In this document: positions 19,128 to 28,534 of the stretch, piece after piece
Layout: the number at the start of each line of letters is the position of its first letter
Position numbering within the stretch: the stretch's first letter is position 1
Assembly: GCA_035704085.1 (NCBI GenBank)
Contig: DASSXG010000032.1
Coordinates: 32,748-96,747 of the forward strand
DNA: 64,000 bases
Source: Candidatus Acidiferrum sp.
Lineage (GTDB): Bacteria > Acidobacteriota > Terriglobia > Acidiferrales > UBA7541
Direction of reading: 5' to 3'
Made by a program: the position numbers and the translations under genes
The notes under the pieces: generated by a model
The model's database searches: none
What the model saw: only the letters and a program-made list of their open reading frames with translations
What the model was told of the DNA's origin: nothing

Positions 19128-19868
19128 TGTGCTCGTTCAGAATGATTGGTGACACTCGGTAGAGTGTCTGGATGAGCGGAATCAGATGGGATGAGCTTTC
19201 CGAGGCGCGCCAGCTGGCGCGCCTTGGAAAGAATTTAAGCCGCGGTGCGCGAACCCGACTTCAAGGGATGTTTTTTTATCTCTTTTACGCACGGAATGCC
19301 GCACGCACCGGCCGACACTGCGGCATCAGCCGGCAGAACTTCTATCGCTGGCTGCGCCGCTTCGACCGCCACGATCGATACCAATGAAATGCGCATGCGC
19401 CGCGGCGCCGTCCTAATGCACTTCAGCGCGCGAGACGTGGTCTCGCGCTGGGATGTCGTCGAAGTGCATCGCCGTGCCACTTCGCTGGCCGCCGCCCGCT
19501 TCCTCGATACGCTGCGGGAGCGTTTTCCTTTCCCGGGGAGAGCCTTGCAGGTCGACGGCGGCAGCGAGTTCGCTGCCGAATTCGAACTCGCTGGTCAGCA
19601 AAAACACTGGCCGCTGTTCGTGCTCCCGCCCAAGTCACCAAAGCTGAACGCCACGTCGAGCGCTCCCACCGCACCCGTCACGAAGAGTTCTATAGGCGGA
19701 CTCCGACCGCCCACCCCGGCTCAATCACCAGCTGCGCCGCTGGGAACACACCTACAACTGCGTGCGTCCGCACCAGTCGCTCGCTTATCTCACTCCACTG
19801 GAATTCGTCACCCGTTGGAAAAACAATCGGCAAAAGGCATAGTGTCACTACTCTACTGGACAAGTACA
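19128..19868 (+). mobile_element. IS481-family element, internally deleted and frameshifted, with both terminal inverted repeats
   Basis: Left end TGTGCTCGTTCAGAATGATTGGTGACACT; right end (reverse complement) TGTACTTGTCCAGTAGAGTAGTGACACT. Carries HTH fragment RHCGISRQNFYRWLRRF, integrase-core fragment LQVDGGSEF...LPPKSPKLN, and in another frame YNCVRPHQSLAYLTP. Confidence 0.85.
19172..19842 (+). pseudogene. IS481-type DDE transposase pseudogene
   Basis: Fragments in several frames; the segment between the HTH and the first catalytic Asp is missing. Confidence 0.8.
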
Positions 19869-19873
19869 ACAAC

Positions 19874-19902
19874 TTGACGTTTCGCATCCGACTCCTCAAA
19901 CT
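19874..19902 (+). promoter_or_regulatory. Candidate sigma70 promoter for cobO-accD-folC
   Basis: TTGACG-N17-CAAACT, starting 5 nt outside the IS right end. Confidence 0.5.
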
Positions 19903-19949
19903 CTAGTCTTTTCGCGGTGCTTTGAAAAAGTTAACTGAAGCGAAGCCAC

Positions 19950-20486
19950 ATGCCGGAAGAAAAAGGACTCCTCATCGTTTACACCGGCCCGGGCAAGGGC
20001 AAAACCACCTGCGCTCTTGGCACCGCGTTCCGCGCGGTCGGCCAAGGCCTCAAAGTCCTGATGGTTCAGTTCATCAAGGGCTCCTGGCACTACGGCGAAC
20101 TCGACGCCGCCAAAATGCTCGGTGATGACAAGTTCGAAATCCGCCCCATGGGCCGCGGCTTCGTAAAAGTCGGCGGTGCCGAAACCGATCCCGAAGACAT
20201 CAAGCTGGCTCAAGAATGTTGGCAGGCCGGCCGCGACGCCATCTACAGCGGCAAGTACGATCTCGTGGTTCTCGACGAAATCAACTACACCATCAGCTAC
20301 AAAATGCTCGACCCGACCGAAGTCGTCCAAGCGCTGAAAAACCGTCCCGAGCGTGTCCATGTTATTTGCACCGGCCGCAACGGTCATCCCCAACTCGTCG
20401 AGCTTGCCGACCTCGTCACCGAGATGCGCGAGGTGAAACACCCCTACACCAAGGGTATACTGGCTCAACGAGGGATCGACTATTAA
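19950..20486 (+). CDS. cobO: Cob(I)yrinic acid a,c-diamide adenosyltransferase (CobO/BtuR)
   Basis: YTGPGKGKTT, VQFIKG, LVVLDEI, TGR, ADLVTEMREVKHPY..G..AQRGIDY. Confidence 0.92.
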   Translation: MPEEKGLLIVYTGPGKGKTTCALGTAFRAVGQGLKVLMVQFIKGSWHYGELDAAKMLGDDKFEIRPMGRGFVKVGGAETDPEDIKLAQECWQAGRDAIYSGKYDLVVLDEINYTISYKMLDPTEVVQALKNRPERVHVICTGRNGHPQLVELADLVTEMREVKHPYTKGILAQRGIDY

Positions 20487-20518
20487 GCCCGCGGGTCTAT
20501 AGATGTAGCCTTCCACGC

Positions 20519-20564
20519 TGTCGTCCTGAGGCGAACCGGCAAGATTCGCCGAAGGATCTCAACC
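20519..20564. repeat. REP-like extragenic repeat, copy 2 (with inserted hairpin)
   Basis: TGTCGTCCTGAG[GCGAACCGGCAAGATTCGC]CGAAGGATCTCAACC. Confidence 0.65.
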
Positions 20565-20595
20565 GTGGCGACTTGGCAGCCAATTCAGAGTTCTA

Positions 20596-20630
20596 GGACT
20601 TTCGACTGTAGACTGTTAACTGTCAGCTTT
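20596..20630. repeat. Degenerate 7-bp tandem array
   Basis: ggacttt cgactgt agactgt taactgt cagcttt directly upstream of accD. Confidence 0.55.
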
Positions 20631-20635
20631 CTTCT

Positions 20636-21484
20636 ATGGCCTGGTTCAAGCGCGACAAAAAATCGATCGAGCAAACGACTCCACCCGAAGAGCGCCGTGT
20701 CCGCACGGAAGGCCTGTGGGTCAAGTGCGAATCCTGCCGCACCATCGTCTTTCGCAAGGACCTCGAGGCGAATCTCTACGTCTGCCCTAAATGTCAGTAT
20801 CACTTCAAGATGAACGCCAGGCAACGCCTGGAAATGCTCCTCGACGGCCGCTGGACCGAGCACGACGCCGGCATGACTTCCACCGACCCGCTGAAATTCG
20901 TGGACACCAAGCCCTATGCCGCGCGACTACGAGAAGCCAAGAAAAAGCTCGGCATGAACGACGCCATCATCACCGCCGAAGGCCAGCTCAACGGCCGCCC
21001 CATCGTTCTCTGCGCTATGGAATTCGGCTTCATTGGCGGCTCCATGGGCGCGGTCGTCGGCGAAAAAGTGACCCGCGGCATCGAACTGGCCATCGAAACC
21101 CGCCAGCCCTTTATCGCTGTCTCCTGCTCCGGCGGCGCCCGCATGATGGAAGGCACCATCAGCCTCATGCAGCTCGCCAAGGTTTCCGCAGCGCTCGCCA
21201 AGCTCGACGACGAAAAGCTGCCTTATATCTCGGTGCTCACCGATCCCACCACTGGCGGCGTCACTGCCAGCTTTGCCATGCTTGGCGACCTCAACATCGG
21301 CGAACCCGGCGCGCTCATCGGCTTCGCCGGCCCTCGCGTCATCGAGCAAACCATCCGCCAGAAGCTTCCCGATGGCTTCCAGCGCTCCGAGTTCCTCCTC
21401 GAACACGGTTTTCTCGACGCCGTCGTCCACCGTAAGGAGCTCAAGTCCTTCATCAGCGGGTCACTCGATCTGCTCCTCGGCTGA
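20636..21484 (+). CDS. accD: Acetyl-CoA carboxylase carboxyltransferase beta subunit
   Basis: GLWVKCESC...VCPKC zinc ribbon, FIGGSMG, SGGARMMEG, PTTGGVTASFA, IGFAGPRVIEQTI. Confidence 0.95.
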   Translation: MAWFKRDKKSIEQTTPPEERRVRTEGLWVKCESCRTIVFRKDLEANLYVCPKCQYHFKMNARQRLEMLLDGRWTEHDAGMTSTDPLKFVDTKPYAARLREAKKKLGMNDAIITAEGQLNGRPIVLCAMEFGFIGGSMGAVVGEKVTRGIELAIETRQPFIAVSCSGGARMMEGTISLMQLAKVSAALAKLDDEKLPYISVLTDPTTGGVTASFAMLGDLNIGEPGALIGFAGPRVIEQTIRQKLPDGFQRSEFLLEHGFLDAVVHRKELKSFISGSLDLLLG

Positions 21485-21485
21485 A

Positions 21486-22829
21486 ATGAATTACGACGCC
21501 GCTGTTCGCTATCTATTGACTTTGGGCAGGGAGTTGGCCGCGCCTACACAGGCTGCCGCCGCGAAGTTCGATCTCGAAAATATTACTGTCCTTGCCGAAC
21601 GCCTCGGCCGGCCCGGCCGCGCCTATCCCAGCGCGCACATCGCTGGAACCAACGGCAAAGGCTCCACCGCCGCTTTTCTTGAATCGATCCTTCGCCACGC
21701 CGGTTTTCGAACCGGCCTCAACACGTCGCCGCACCTTGAAAAAATTAACGAGCGCATCCGCGTCAATGGCGAGGAGATCAGCGACGAAACCTTCGCCGAA
21801 ACTTTCACTCGCATCCAGAGCCTGATTGAAGAGCTCCTGGCCGCGGGAAAACTCCGCGCCCATCCCACCTACTTTGAATGCGTCACCGCCATGGCGTTCG
21901 AATGCTTTGCGCGCGAACGCGTCGAGTTCGGCGTCTTCGAAGTCGGCCTTGGAGGCCGCCTCGACGCCACCAACATTCTCTCTCCGACCGTCACTATCAT
22001 CACGCGCGTAGATTTCGACCACGAAAATTTTCTAGGCCACTCACTGAAGGAAATCGCCGGAGAAAAAGCAGGAATTCTCAAGCCGGGTGTCCCCGTTGTT
22101 TTCGCCAGCCAGCACGCTGAAGCCCGGGAAGTCGTTCTCGCTCGCGCCAAAGAACTCGGCTGCCCCGTTATCGAGCCCTGGAACGCTTTCCGAATCGATC
22201 GCCAAACGATACAAAACGGGATCGTTCGCGCTCCCGTCACCGAAATCGCTTCCGGTACTGCCTTTGAAATCGCGCCGAGTCTCCCTGGCCGCTTTCAATT
22301 GGAGAATGCTCTCATCGCCGCTGCCGCCGCCCGTCTGCTTCACGATCGCGGCTTCCAAGTCTCCGATGACGCCATCACCCAAGGCATCGCTGGCGCTGTT
22401 TGGCCCGGTCGTCTCGAACAGCTTCAATCGCATCCCGACGTCTATCTTGATGGCGCGCACAATCCCAGCGCCGCTCGCGAAATTGCTTTTTTCCTACAAC
22501 AGAACTTCGCCGGCCGCAAAATCTGGCTTCTCTATGGAGCACTTCGCGACAAAGCCGTCGACGAAGTCGCCGGCCAGCTTTTCCCTCACGCCTCCGAGGT
22601 CATCTTTACCGAGCCGCGCACTTCCCGCGCCATCTCCGCCGTGCGCCTCGCGGAAATCGCCGCCCACCACGCCTCCAATTTCAGGGTCGTTTCTTCTGCG
22701 GAGCAGGCGCTCGACCAGGTTCTTTCGGAAGCCGCTCCGGACGATGCCATTTTCATCACCGGCTCCCTTTATCTCGTCGGCCAGCTCCGCCAATACTGGA
22801 AGCAGCGCACGCAAGTCGCCACACACTGA
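21486..22829 (+). CDS. folC: Dihydrofolate synthase / folylpolyglutamate synthase
   Basis: HIAGTNGKGS, TSPHL..INERI, EVGLGGRLDATN, WPGRLE, LDGAHN, TGSLYLVG; accD-folC synteny. Confidence 0.95.
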   Translation: MNYDAAVRYLLTLGRELAAPTQAAAAKFDLENITVLAERLGRPGRAYPSAHIAGTNGKGSTAAFLESILRHAGFRTGLNTSPHLEKINERIRVNGEEISDETFAETFTRIQSLIEELLAAGKLRAHPTYFECVTAMAFECFARERVEFGVFEVGLGGRLDATNILSPTVTIITRVDFDHENFLGHSLKEIAGEKAGILKPGVPVVFASQHAEAREVVLARAKELGCPVIEPWNAFRIDRQTIQNGIVRAPVTEIASGTAFEIAPSLPGRFQLENALIAAAAARLLHDRGFQVSDDAITQGIAGAVWPGRLEQLQSHPDVYLDGAHNPSAAREIAFFLQQNFAGRKIWLLYGALRDKAVDEVAGQLFPHASEVIFTEPRTSRAISAVRLAEIAAHHASNFRVVSSAEQALDQVLSEAAPDDAIFITGSLYLVGQLRQYWKQRTQVATH

Positions 22830-22885
22830 AAAAAACCGTAGAATAGCGACTTCGCAAAATAAATGCCTGCAATAAGGTTTCGAAA

Positions 22886-23098
22886 ATGCCGAAGCGGGAC
22901 CTAAAGCAACCTGAACCGAAACCTTGGCAAATCGGTCTGCTCGTTTTGCTTATGATTGCTTTTCTTGGTACTGCACTGCTGAAAATAATCACAGGCAGGA
23001 CCCATTATCAGAACTGGTGGGGGGGAGTTGTTTTTGCGCCGTTTGCACTTACGGCTTTGTTGCTCCTGTTAGCGGGACTGTTTCGGAAGAAAAACTAG
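22886..23098 (+). CDS. Small two-TM hypothetical protein
   Basis: 70-aa ORF filling the folC-purE gap; two hydrophobic helices around YQNWWGG. Confidence 0.5.
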   Translation: MPKRDLKQPEPKPWQIGLLVLLMIAFLGTALLKIITGRTHYQNWWGGVVFAPFALTALLLLLAGLFRKKN

Positions 23099-23136
23099 AG
23101 CAGAAGGCGCGACTGCTTTATTTGGTGAGAGGCCGC

Positions 23137-23682
23137 TTGAAACGTCAAGATCGAAAGGGTGCCTATCCCCTCGTCGGCATCATCATGGGTTCCGGCTCCG
23201 ACTGGGACACCATGAAATACGCCTCCAAGACGCTCACTGGCCTCGGTGTTCCACATGAAACTCGCGTCGTTTCCGCTCACCGCACCCCCGACCGCCTATT
23301 TGATTACGCTTCGTCTGCCGAACGTCGCGGCATCGAGGTAATCATCGCTGGGGCCGGCGGCGCCGCCCACCTTCCCGGCATGACTGCTGCAAAGACCGTC
23401 CTCCCTGTTCTCGGTGTTCCGGTCGAATCAAAAGCCCTCAAAGGTCTCGATTCGCTCCTCTCTATCGCGCAAATGCCTGGAGGCGTTCCCGTCGGCACGC
23501 TCTCCATCGGCAAATCCGGCGCGATCAATGCCGCGCTCCTTGCCGTTGCCATCCTCGGCGTGAAACATCGCCGAATCCGCGAAGCTCTTCGAAACTTCCG
23601 CGCGGAACAAACCGGCCGCGTTCTCGCCCAGCCCGATCCCTCGCAACCCGCGCCCTCGGTCAAGAAAAGGAAGCGCAAGTGA
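23137..23682 (+). CDS. purE: N5-carboxyaminoimidazole ribonucleotide mutase (start uncertain)
   Basis: [44 protein letters not shown]. Confidence 0.95.
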   Translation: MKRQDRKGAYPLVGIIMGSGSDWDTMKYASKTLTGLGVPHETRVVSAHRTPDRLFDYASSAERRGIEVIIAGAGGAAHLPGMTAAKTVLPVLGVPVESKALKGLDSLLSIAQMPGGVPVGTLSIGKSGAINAALLAVAILGVKHRRIREALRNFRAEQTGRVLAQPDPSQPAPSVKKRKRK

Positions 23683-24830
23683 CCATCGGCATTCTCGGCG
23701 GCGGTCAACTCGGCTACATGCTAGCGCTCGCGGGCTATCCCCTGGGCCTGCATTTCCGTTTTCTCGATCCTTCCCCAGAAGCTCCCGTTGGCCGTATCGC
23801 CCAGCGTGTTACCGCCGATTACACCGATGAAGCCGCGCTCGAACGATTCGCAAGCGGCCTCGAGCTGGTCACCTATGAATTCGAAAACGTTCCCGTAGAA
23901 GCCGCCAAATTCCTCGCCGAACGCGTTCCCGTCTACCCTCCGCCCGCCGCACTCGAAGCGGCTCAGGATCGCCACTGCGAAAAACAGCTCTTCCGGAAAC
24001 TTGGCATTTCCACGACGGAATTTGTCCCTATTTCCAAACCCAGCGAACTCGACGCCGCTATAAAGCAGCTCGGCCTCCCCGCCATCCTGAAAACCTGTCG
24101 TATGGGCTACGACGGCAAGGGCCAGTGGATCCTCCGCACTTCGGAAGATGTTTCGAGAGCAAAATCCGAGCTGCCCAAGGTTTCGCTCATTCTCGAGCGC
24201 TTCGTGCCCTTCACTCGCGAGCTCTCCGCCCTGGCCGTGCGTTCGCGCTCCGGCGAAATTGCCTTTTATCCGCTGGTCGAAAACCATCATCGCGAGGGAA
24301 TCCTACGACTTTCCGTCGCTCCCGCCCCGCAACTGGACGCGCCTATTCAACGCGCCGCGGAGGATGCTGCCCGCCGTCTCCTCGAATCCCTAAAATACGT
24401 CGGGGTGCTTGCCATCGAGTTCTTCGAACACCAGGGCCGCCTTCTCGCCAATGAAATGGCGCCCCGCGTTCACAACTCCGGCCATTGGACGATTGAAGGT
24501 GCCATCACCAGCCAATTTGAAAATCATCTTCGCGCCGTCCTCGGCCTTCCCCTCGGCTCAACGGCTGCAACCGGCTATTCCGCCTTAGTCAATCTCATCG
24601 GCGATCTCCCCGAACCAGCCGAAGTCCTCGCCGTCCCCGACGCCCACCTTCACCTTTACGGCAAATCCCCTCGCCCTCGCCGCAAACTCGGCCACGTCAC
24701 CCTCCGCGCCGCCTCCCCCGAACGCCTCGCCCTCCGTCTCTCCGAACTCCCCGCCTTCTTCCACCGTCCCGCCTTCTGCCTCGACTCCGTCCTTTCCCAT
24801 CCCGCTTCTCAAGGCGCACAGCACCTCTAG
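23679..24830 (+). CDS. purK: N5-carboxyaminoimidazole ribonucleotide synthase
   Basis: [59 protein letters not shown]. Confidence 0.95.
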   Translation: MTIGILGGGQLGYMLALAGYPLGLHFRFLDPSPEAPVGRIAQRVTADYTDEAALERFASGLELVTYEFENVPVEAAKFLAERVPVYPPPAALEAAQDRHCEKQLFRKLGISTTEFVPISKPSELDAAIKQLGLPAILKTCRMGYDGKGQWILRTSEDVSRAKSELPKVSLILERFVPFTRELSALAVRSRSGEIAFYPLVENHHREGILRLSVAPAPQLDAPIQRAAEDAARRLLESLKYVGVLAIEFFEHQGRLLANEMAPRVHNSGHWTIEGAITSQFENHLRAVLGLPLGSTAATGYSALVNLIGDLPEPAEVLAVPDAHLHLYGKSPRPRRKLGHVTLRAASPERLALRLSELPAFFHRPAFCLDSVLSHPASQGAQHL

Positions 24831-24881
24831 GCAAGATTCGCAGCTGCCACCTGCTGCAAACACTGCTAGGAGAATTACTGC

Positions 24882-26669
24882 CTACGGATTTCCCTCGTTG
24901 GAGATTGTTGCCATCGTCCCGTCGAACTTAGTCAGATGGACTGTGAACGGTTCGTTGCAGGTTTTGGCCTTGTCCTTGAGGAAACTGAGCGCTACCGCCT
25001 CGCCCAGCAGCAACGAAGTATCGGTATCGCTGCGCCAGTGGATACCGGAGTGAATTCCATGACCAAAGCTGACATTGTGTCCGAGCTTGTTGAGCTCGCC
25101 ATTCACAGTGAGCTGTCCGGCATCGGAACCCGTGTAAGGAACCAGAGACAGGCCGTCGCTGGTTGGCATCACCGGATTTGGAATCACGAAATTGCCATCG
25201 AAGAAGAACTTTAGAACGGTAATGCAAGCGCCGCCTACCGTCCCGTGTCCAGTCGGATAGGCTGGGTGCGCCGGCGAGCCCTCGGGAAACGCCTGTGAGA
25301 GCAGCCAGGTCCCATACTTGTTGAAGCTCTGTTGGAGTCCCTGAGAGTTCAGAATCACCGAGCTCAATGTGACGTCGGTGTGGTTCCCCTGCCCGGTCTT
25401 GATTAGGTGGACGATTCCTCCGATGGCCTCTGGGCGAGGACGGAGATGCACAAACCACTTCTGATACCACACGGCATTTAGGGCCTTGGTGGCCACTTCC
25501 CCAAGCGTACCGGCAAAATCAGGTCCACCGAACGAGCCAAATCCATTTTCTGACTTCGAGTTGCTGTAGGGATTGCCGGGGTTCAGCGGTGCGCCGCCGG
25601 GGGCAATACTGCCTTGAGGTTGTGGGTTAAAGCCCGCGAGCACCAGGAACGCCGTGAAATACGCCTGATAGAGGACGTCCACATGCGTGAAGGCCGCGAA
25701 GTCTCGGCCATTACGCCGGTAGCGAAGTTGTGGATCGATTTGGTTGCGTTGGCCGGTGTCAACACCGTCCTGAATGTTTAGCCACTCGCTGAAGTTTGTT
25801 CCATAGTCGATGTTCGGAAGGAAAGTAACCTGCTGCTGGCTGATGGGCTGTGAGCCGAAAGAGGTCGGCTGAAGGAAGAACTGGGAGACATAGGGCCCCA
25901 GAGTTTCGCCCGGAAACGCCCCTCGGAAAAGAAGATTCGGAGTAACTTTGCCGCCGCTGTTCCTCGGTCCCAAATAGGTAGGCTGTGCGCCCAGTTCCGC
26001 TGCCGCTTGAGCGGCGAGCGCACTCGATTCATAATCGGTAGAGGCCAGGTCACGAAGCAGCGACGGCCAGTAGTGTTCGAGCAACTCTGTGGCGCTCTGG
26101 TCGCTGGCCGTTTGGGGGGCGGGAGGCACTTGGGGCTGGCCGAACTGCACGTTGTCGAGGGCCTCCAGGCAGAAGGCCAGCCCGCCTTGCGGACCGTTGA
26201 GCGTGCGCGTGCCGCCCATGATAATTTTCTCGAAATCCAAAAATTTCCCGCTATTCAAAGCTCTTGTGAAAGTTGCGAGAGCGTTCGGATCCACTCGCCC
26301 GAAGCTGTCGTGCGGAAGCGTCTTGGTGAATGTGCCACCTTTGTCGGGATAGCGTTCCGCATCGCCGTTGTTGACGTTCACCGAAGGCCCGGTATGGGCA
26401 TCTTGAATTGCCATGCCGACCCGGAGTTCGAAGGCTTCCCTCACCCTCCGGTTGGTAACGCCTGCCGGCAAGGCAGTACCGAAACCCGCGGAAGCGCTGG
26501 CGGACTGCGCGGAAGCCACTGAGGGATTCGCAAGCGCCGTCGCCGCGACGCCCGCGGCAGCCCCGACTTGTCCAAGGAAGGTCCGCCGGCTTGTGCCCTT
26601 AGACTCTCCTCGCTTGAGGATACCTTGCGACTCCATTAACCCGCTGGCGTCAATATTCCTATCGCTCAT
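24882..26669 (-). CDS. Tat-exported vanadium-dependent haloperoxidase family protein
   Basis: RBS AAAGGAGG; Tat motif SRRTFLG; WYQKWFVHLRPRPE, EGSPAHPAYPTGH, GELNKL, GIHWRSD...SLLLGE. Confidence 0.85.
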   Translation of the reverse strand: MSDRNIDASGLMESQGILKRGESKGTSRRTFLGQVGAAAGVAATALANPSVASAQSASASAGFGTALPAGVTNRRVREAFELRVGMAIQDAHTGPSVNVNNGDAERYPDKGGTFTKTLPHDSFGRVDPNALATFTRALNSGKFLDFEKIIMGGTRTLNGPQGGLAFCLEALDNVQFGQPQVPPAPQTASDQSATELLEHYWPSLLRDLASTDYESSALAAQAAAELGAQPTYLGPRNSGGKVTPNLLFRGAFPGETLGPYVSQFFLQPTSFGSQPISQQQVTFLPNIDYGTNFSEWLNIQDGVDTGQRNQIDPQLRYRRNGRDFAAFTHVDVLYQAYFTAFLVLAGFNPQPQGSIAPGGAPLNPGNPYSNSKSENGFGSFGGPDFAGTLGEVATKALNAVWYQKWFVHLRPRPEAIGGIVHLIKTGQGNHTDVTLSSVILNSQGLQQSFNKYGTWLLSQAFPEGSPAHPAYPTGHGTVGGACITVLKFFFDGNFVIPNPVMPTSDGLSLVPYTGSDAGQLTVNGELNKLGHNVSFGHGIHSGIHWRSDTDTSLLLGEAVALSFLKDKAKTCNEPFTVHLTKFDGTMATISNEGNP

Positions 26670-26882
26670 TTGGGTTCCTCCTTTGAGTTATTACGGGTGT
26701 CGCGGGCCTAGACTAGAAAATTCCGTCCCGATCATTTTGGAAAGCCTAGGGCTCTGTAGAGTGGCGGCAAGTTACCATCTTCCGTCGTCAGAATCTATCA
26801 AGTTTCCTTTAAACTTTTGCTGATCCAGGTAAGCGGTGCACCCATTGGTCGTGGGGAATCCACAGCCCAACTTTTCCGCGGG

Positions 26883-26911
26883 TTGCCGCCCCGTCGCCCG
26901 GATGCTACGAT
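26883..26911 (+). promoter_or_regulatory. sigma70 promoter for the PuuD-like gene
   Basis: TTGCCG-N17-TACGAT with a TG extension; ATG 10 nt after the -10 box, no SD. Confidence 0.5.
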
Positions 26912-26921
26912 TTGGTGTTCC

Positions 26922-27719
26922 ATGACCCCCACTCAGACCCATTTGACCACCGCCCCCCGGCCCCGTGTGGGCATTCCCTGGCGCACTTCCCATGAGGAAG
27001 AGAAGGGGATAACGAATAAGCTCCGGTATTATTTTGATTCTGTGCAGGAATCCGGTGCCGAACCTGTCCACATCTCCCTGAAAAGCTCTGCAGAGCTTCT
27101 TGACTCCCAGCTTAAAGAGCTGGATGCTTTCGTTCTCCCCGGCGGCCCGGCAGACGTGAATCCTTTTCTCTATGGCGCCCCCCGCCACGAAAAAACTCAT
27201 GATGCCGACTCCAACCGCGAGAAAACCGACTTCGCGATTCTGGAGCATGCCTTCTTTTCCGGCAAACCGGTGCTGGCCATCTGCTACGGCTGCCAGAGCC
27301 TGAACGTTTCCCTCGGCGGTTCGCTCTATCAGGACATTGCCAGCGAGCTGCTCACGAAAATCGGGCACAGCAAAGAAGGCCTTCCAACGGATGCGCCTGA
27401 TCCGCAACACCCCGCGCGCATCGAATCGGGTAGCGAGCTTGCGCAACTCGCAGCCGCCTGTGGCTTGGAGAAGACCAGCGGCGCGTTCAACGTCCAGGTC
27501 AACACTTCACATCATCAGTCCATCCGCGATCTTGGCAATGGTCTGCGCGTCGCGGCGGTCGCTCCCGATGGCGTGATCGAAGCCGTCGAACATGAACCTC
27601 ACAAACACTGGGTCGTCGGCGTCCAGTGGCATCCGGAGCGCATGCAAGCCGACGCGCTTTCCGCGGCGCTCTTTCGCGCGCTGGTGCAAGCGACGCGCGC
27701 CGCCGCCGCGCGTCATTGA
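26922..27719 (+). CDS. Gamma-glutamyl-gamma-aminobutyrate hydrolase family (peptidase C26, PuuD-like)
   Basis: LPGGPADVNP..YG, KPVLAICYGCQ (nucleophile Cys), VNTSHHQ, DGVIEA, GVQWHPE. Confidence 0.85.
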   Translation: MTPTQTHLTTAPRPRVGIPWRTSHEEEKGITNKLRYYFDSVQESGAEPVHISLKSSAELLDSQLKELDAFVLPGGPADVNPFLYGAPRHEKTHDADSNREKTDFAILEHAFFSGKPVLAICYGCQSLNVSLGGSLYQDIASELLTKIGHSKEGLPTDAPDPQHPARIESGSELAQLAAACGLEKTSGAFNVQVNTSHHQSIRDLGNGLRVAAVAPDGVIEAVEHEPHKHWVVGVQWHPERMQADALSAALFRALVQATRAAAARH

Positions 27720-27769
27720 ATTATATTTAGACTTTTTAACTTTCGACTTTGAACGTTTTCGGGGGCTTC

Positions 27770-28534
27770 ATGATTTCTCTCGCAGGCAAGGCGGCACTCA
27801 TCACTGGCGGCTCGCGCGGCATCGGCGCGGCTGCCGTCAAACTCTTCGCTCAAGCTGGCGCCGACGTAATCTTCAACTACGTCAAAGCCAAGGACGCCGC
27901 ACTCCAAGTCCAGCAGGAAGCCGGCAAGCATGGCACTCGCGTGGAAGCCTTCAAAGCCGACGTCAGCAGGCATGAGGACAATAAAAAACTCGTCGACCAT
28001 ACCGTCGCGCGCCTCGGCCGCCTCGATATTCTTGTCGCCAACGCCGGCGTCTGGAATCTCGAAGATCTTCCCATCGAAAAAATGTCTGAAAAGCAGTGGG
28101 ACGACATGATTCGCATCAACCTCAGGAGCGTCTACTCCGTCATCCATTTCTCCGTTCCGCACATGATCAAGCAGAAGTCCGGCAAAATCATTCCTATCAG
28201 CTCCACCGCCGGCCAGCGCGGCGAATCTTTCCACACGCACTACGGTGCATCGAAAGGCGGCATCATCAGCTTCACCAAGGGCCTCGCCGCCGAACTCGCT
28301 CGCCACAATATCCTCGTCAACTGCGTCGCGCCGGGTTGGGTCGCCACGGACATGTCCAAACCCGTGCTTGAGACCAAAGCGGGCCAGAAAATGGCTTCCA
28401 CGGTGATTCCCCTTGGCCGCGCCGCCACTGCCGAAGAAGTTGCCGGACCTATTCTCTTTGCCGCTTCTGAACTAGCCAACTTCATGACCGGCGAGGTCAT
28501 CAATGTAAATGGAGGCGCGGTCTTGTGCGGTTAA
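27770..28534 (+). CDS. SDR family oxidoreductase (FabG-like)
   Basis: TGGSRGIG, LVANAG, YGASK, VNCVAPG, GEVINVNGG. Confidence 0.9.
   Translation: MISLAGKAALITGGSRGIGAAAVKLFAQAGADVIFNYVKAKDAALQVQQEAGKHGTRVEAFKADVSRHEDNKKLVDHTVARLGRLDILVANAGVWNLEDLPIEKMSEKQWDDMIRINLRSVYSVIHFSVPHMIKQKSGKIIPISSTAGQRGESFHTHYGASKGGIISFTKGLAAELARHNILVNCVAPGWVATDMSKPVLETKAGQKMASTVIPLGRAATAEEVAGPILFAASELANFMTGEVINVNGGAVLCG

Noticed and set aside
22924-23136. Apparent N-terminal extension or fusion on PurE, and similar extensions on FolC, AccC, BCCP and PccB
   Set aside because: Artefacts of longest-ORF calling; downstream starts with RBS or gene overlaps fit the family lengths.
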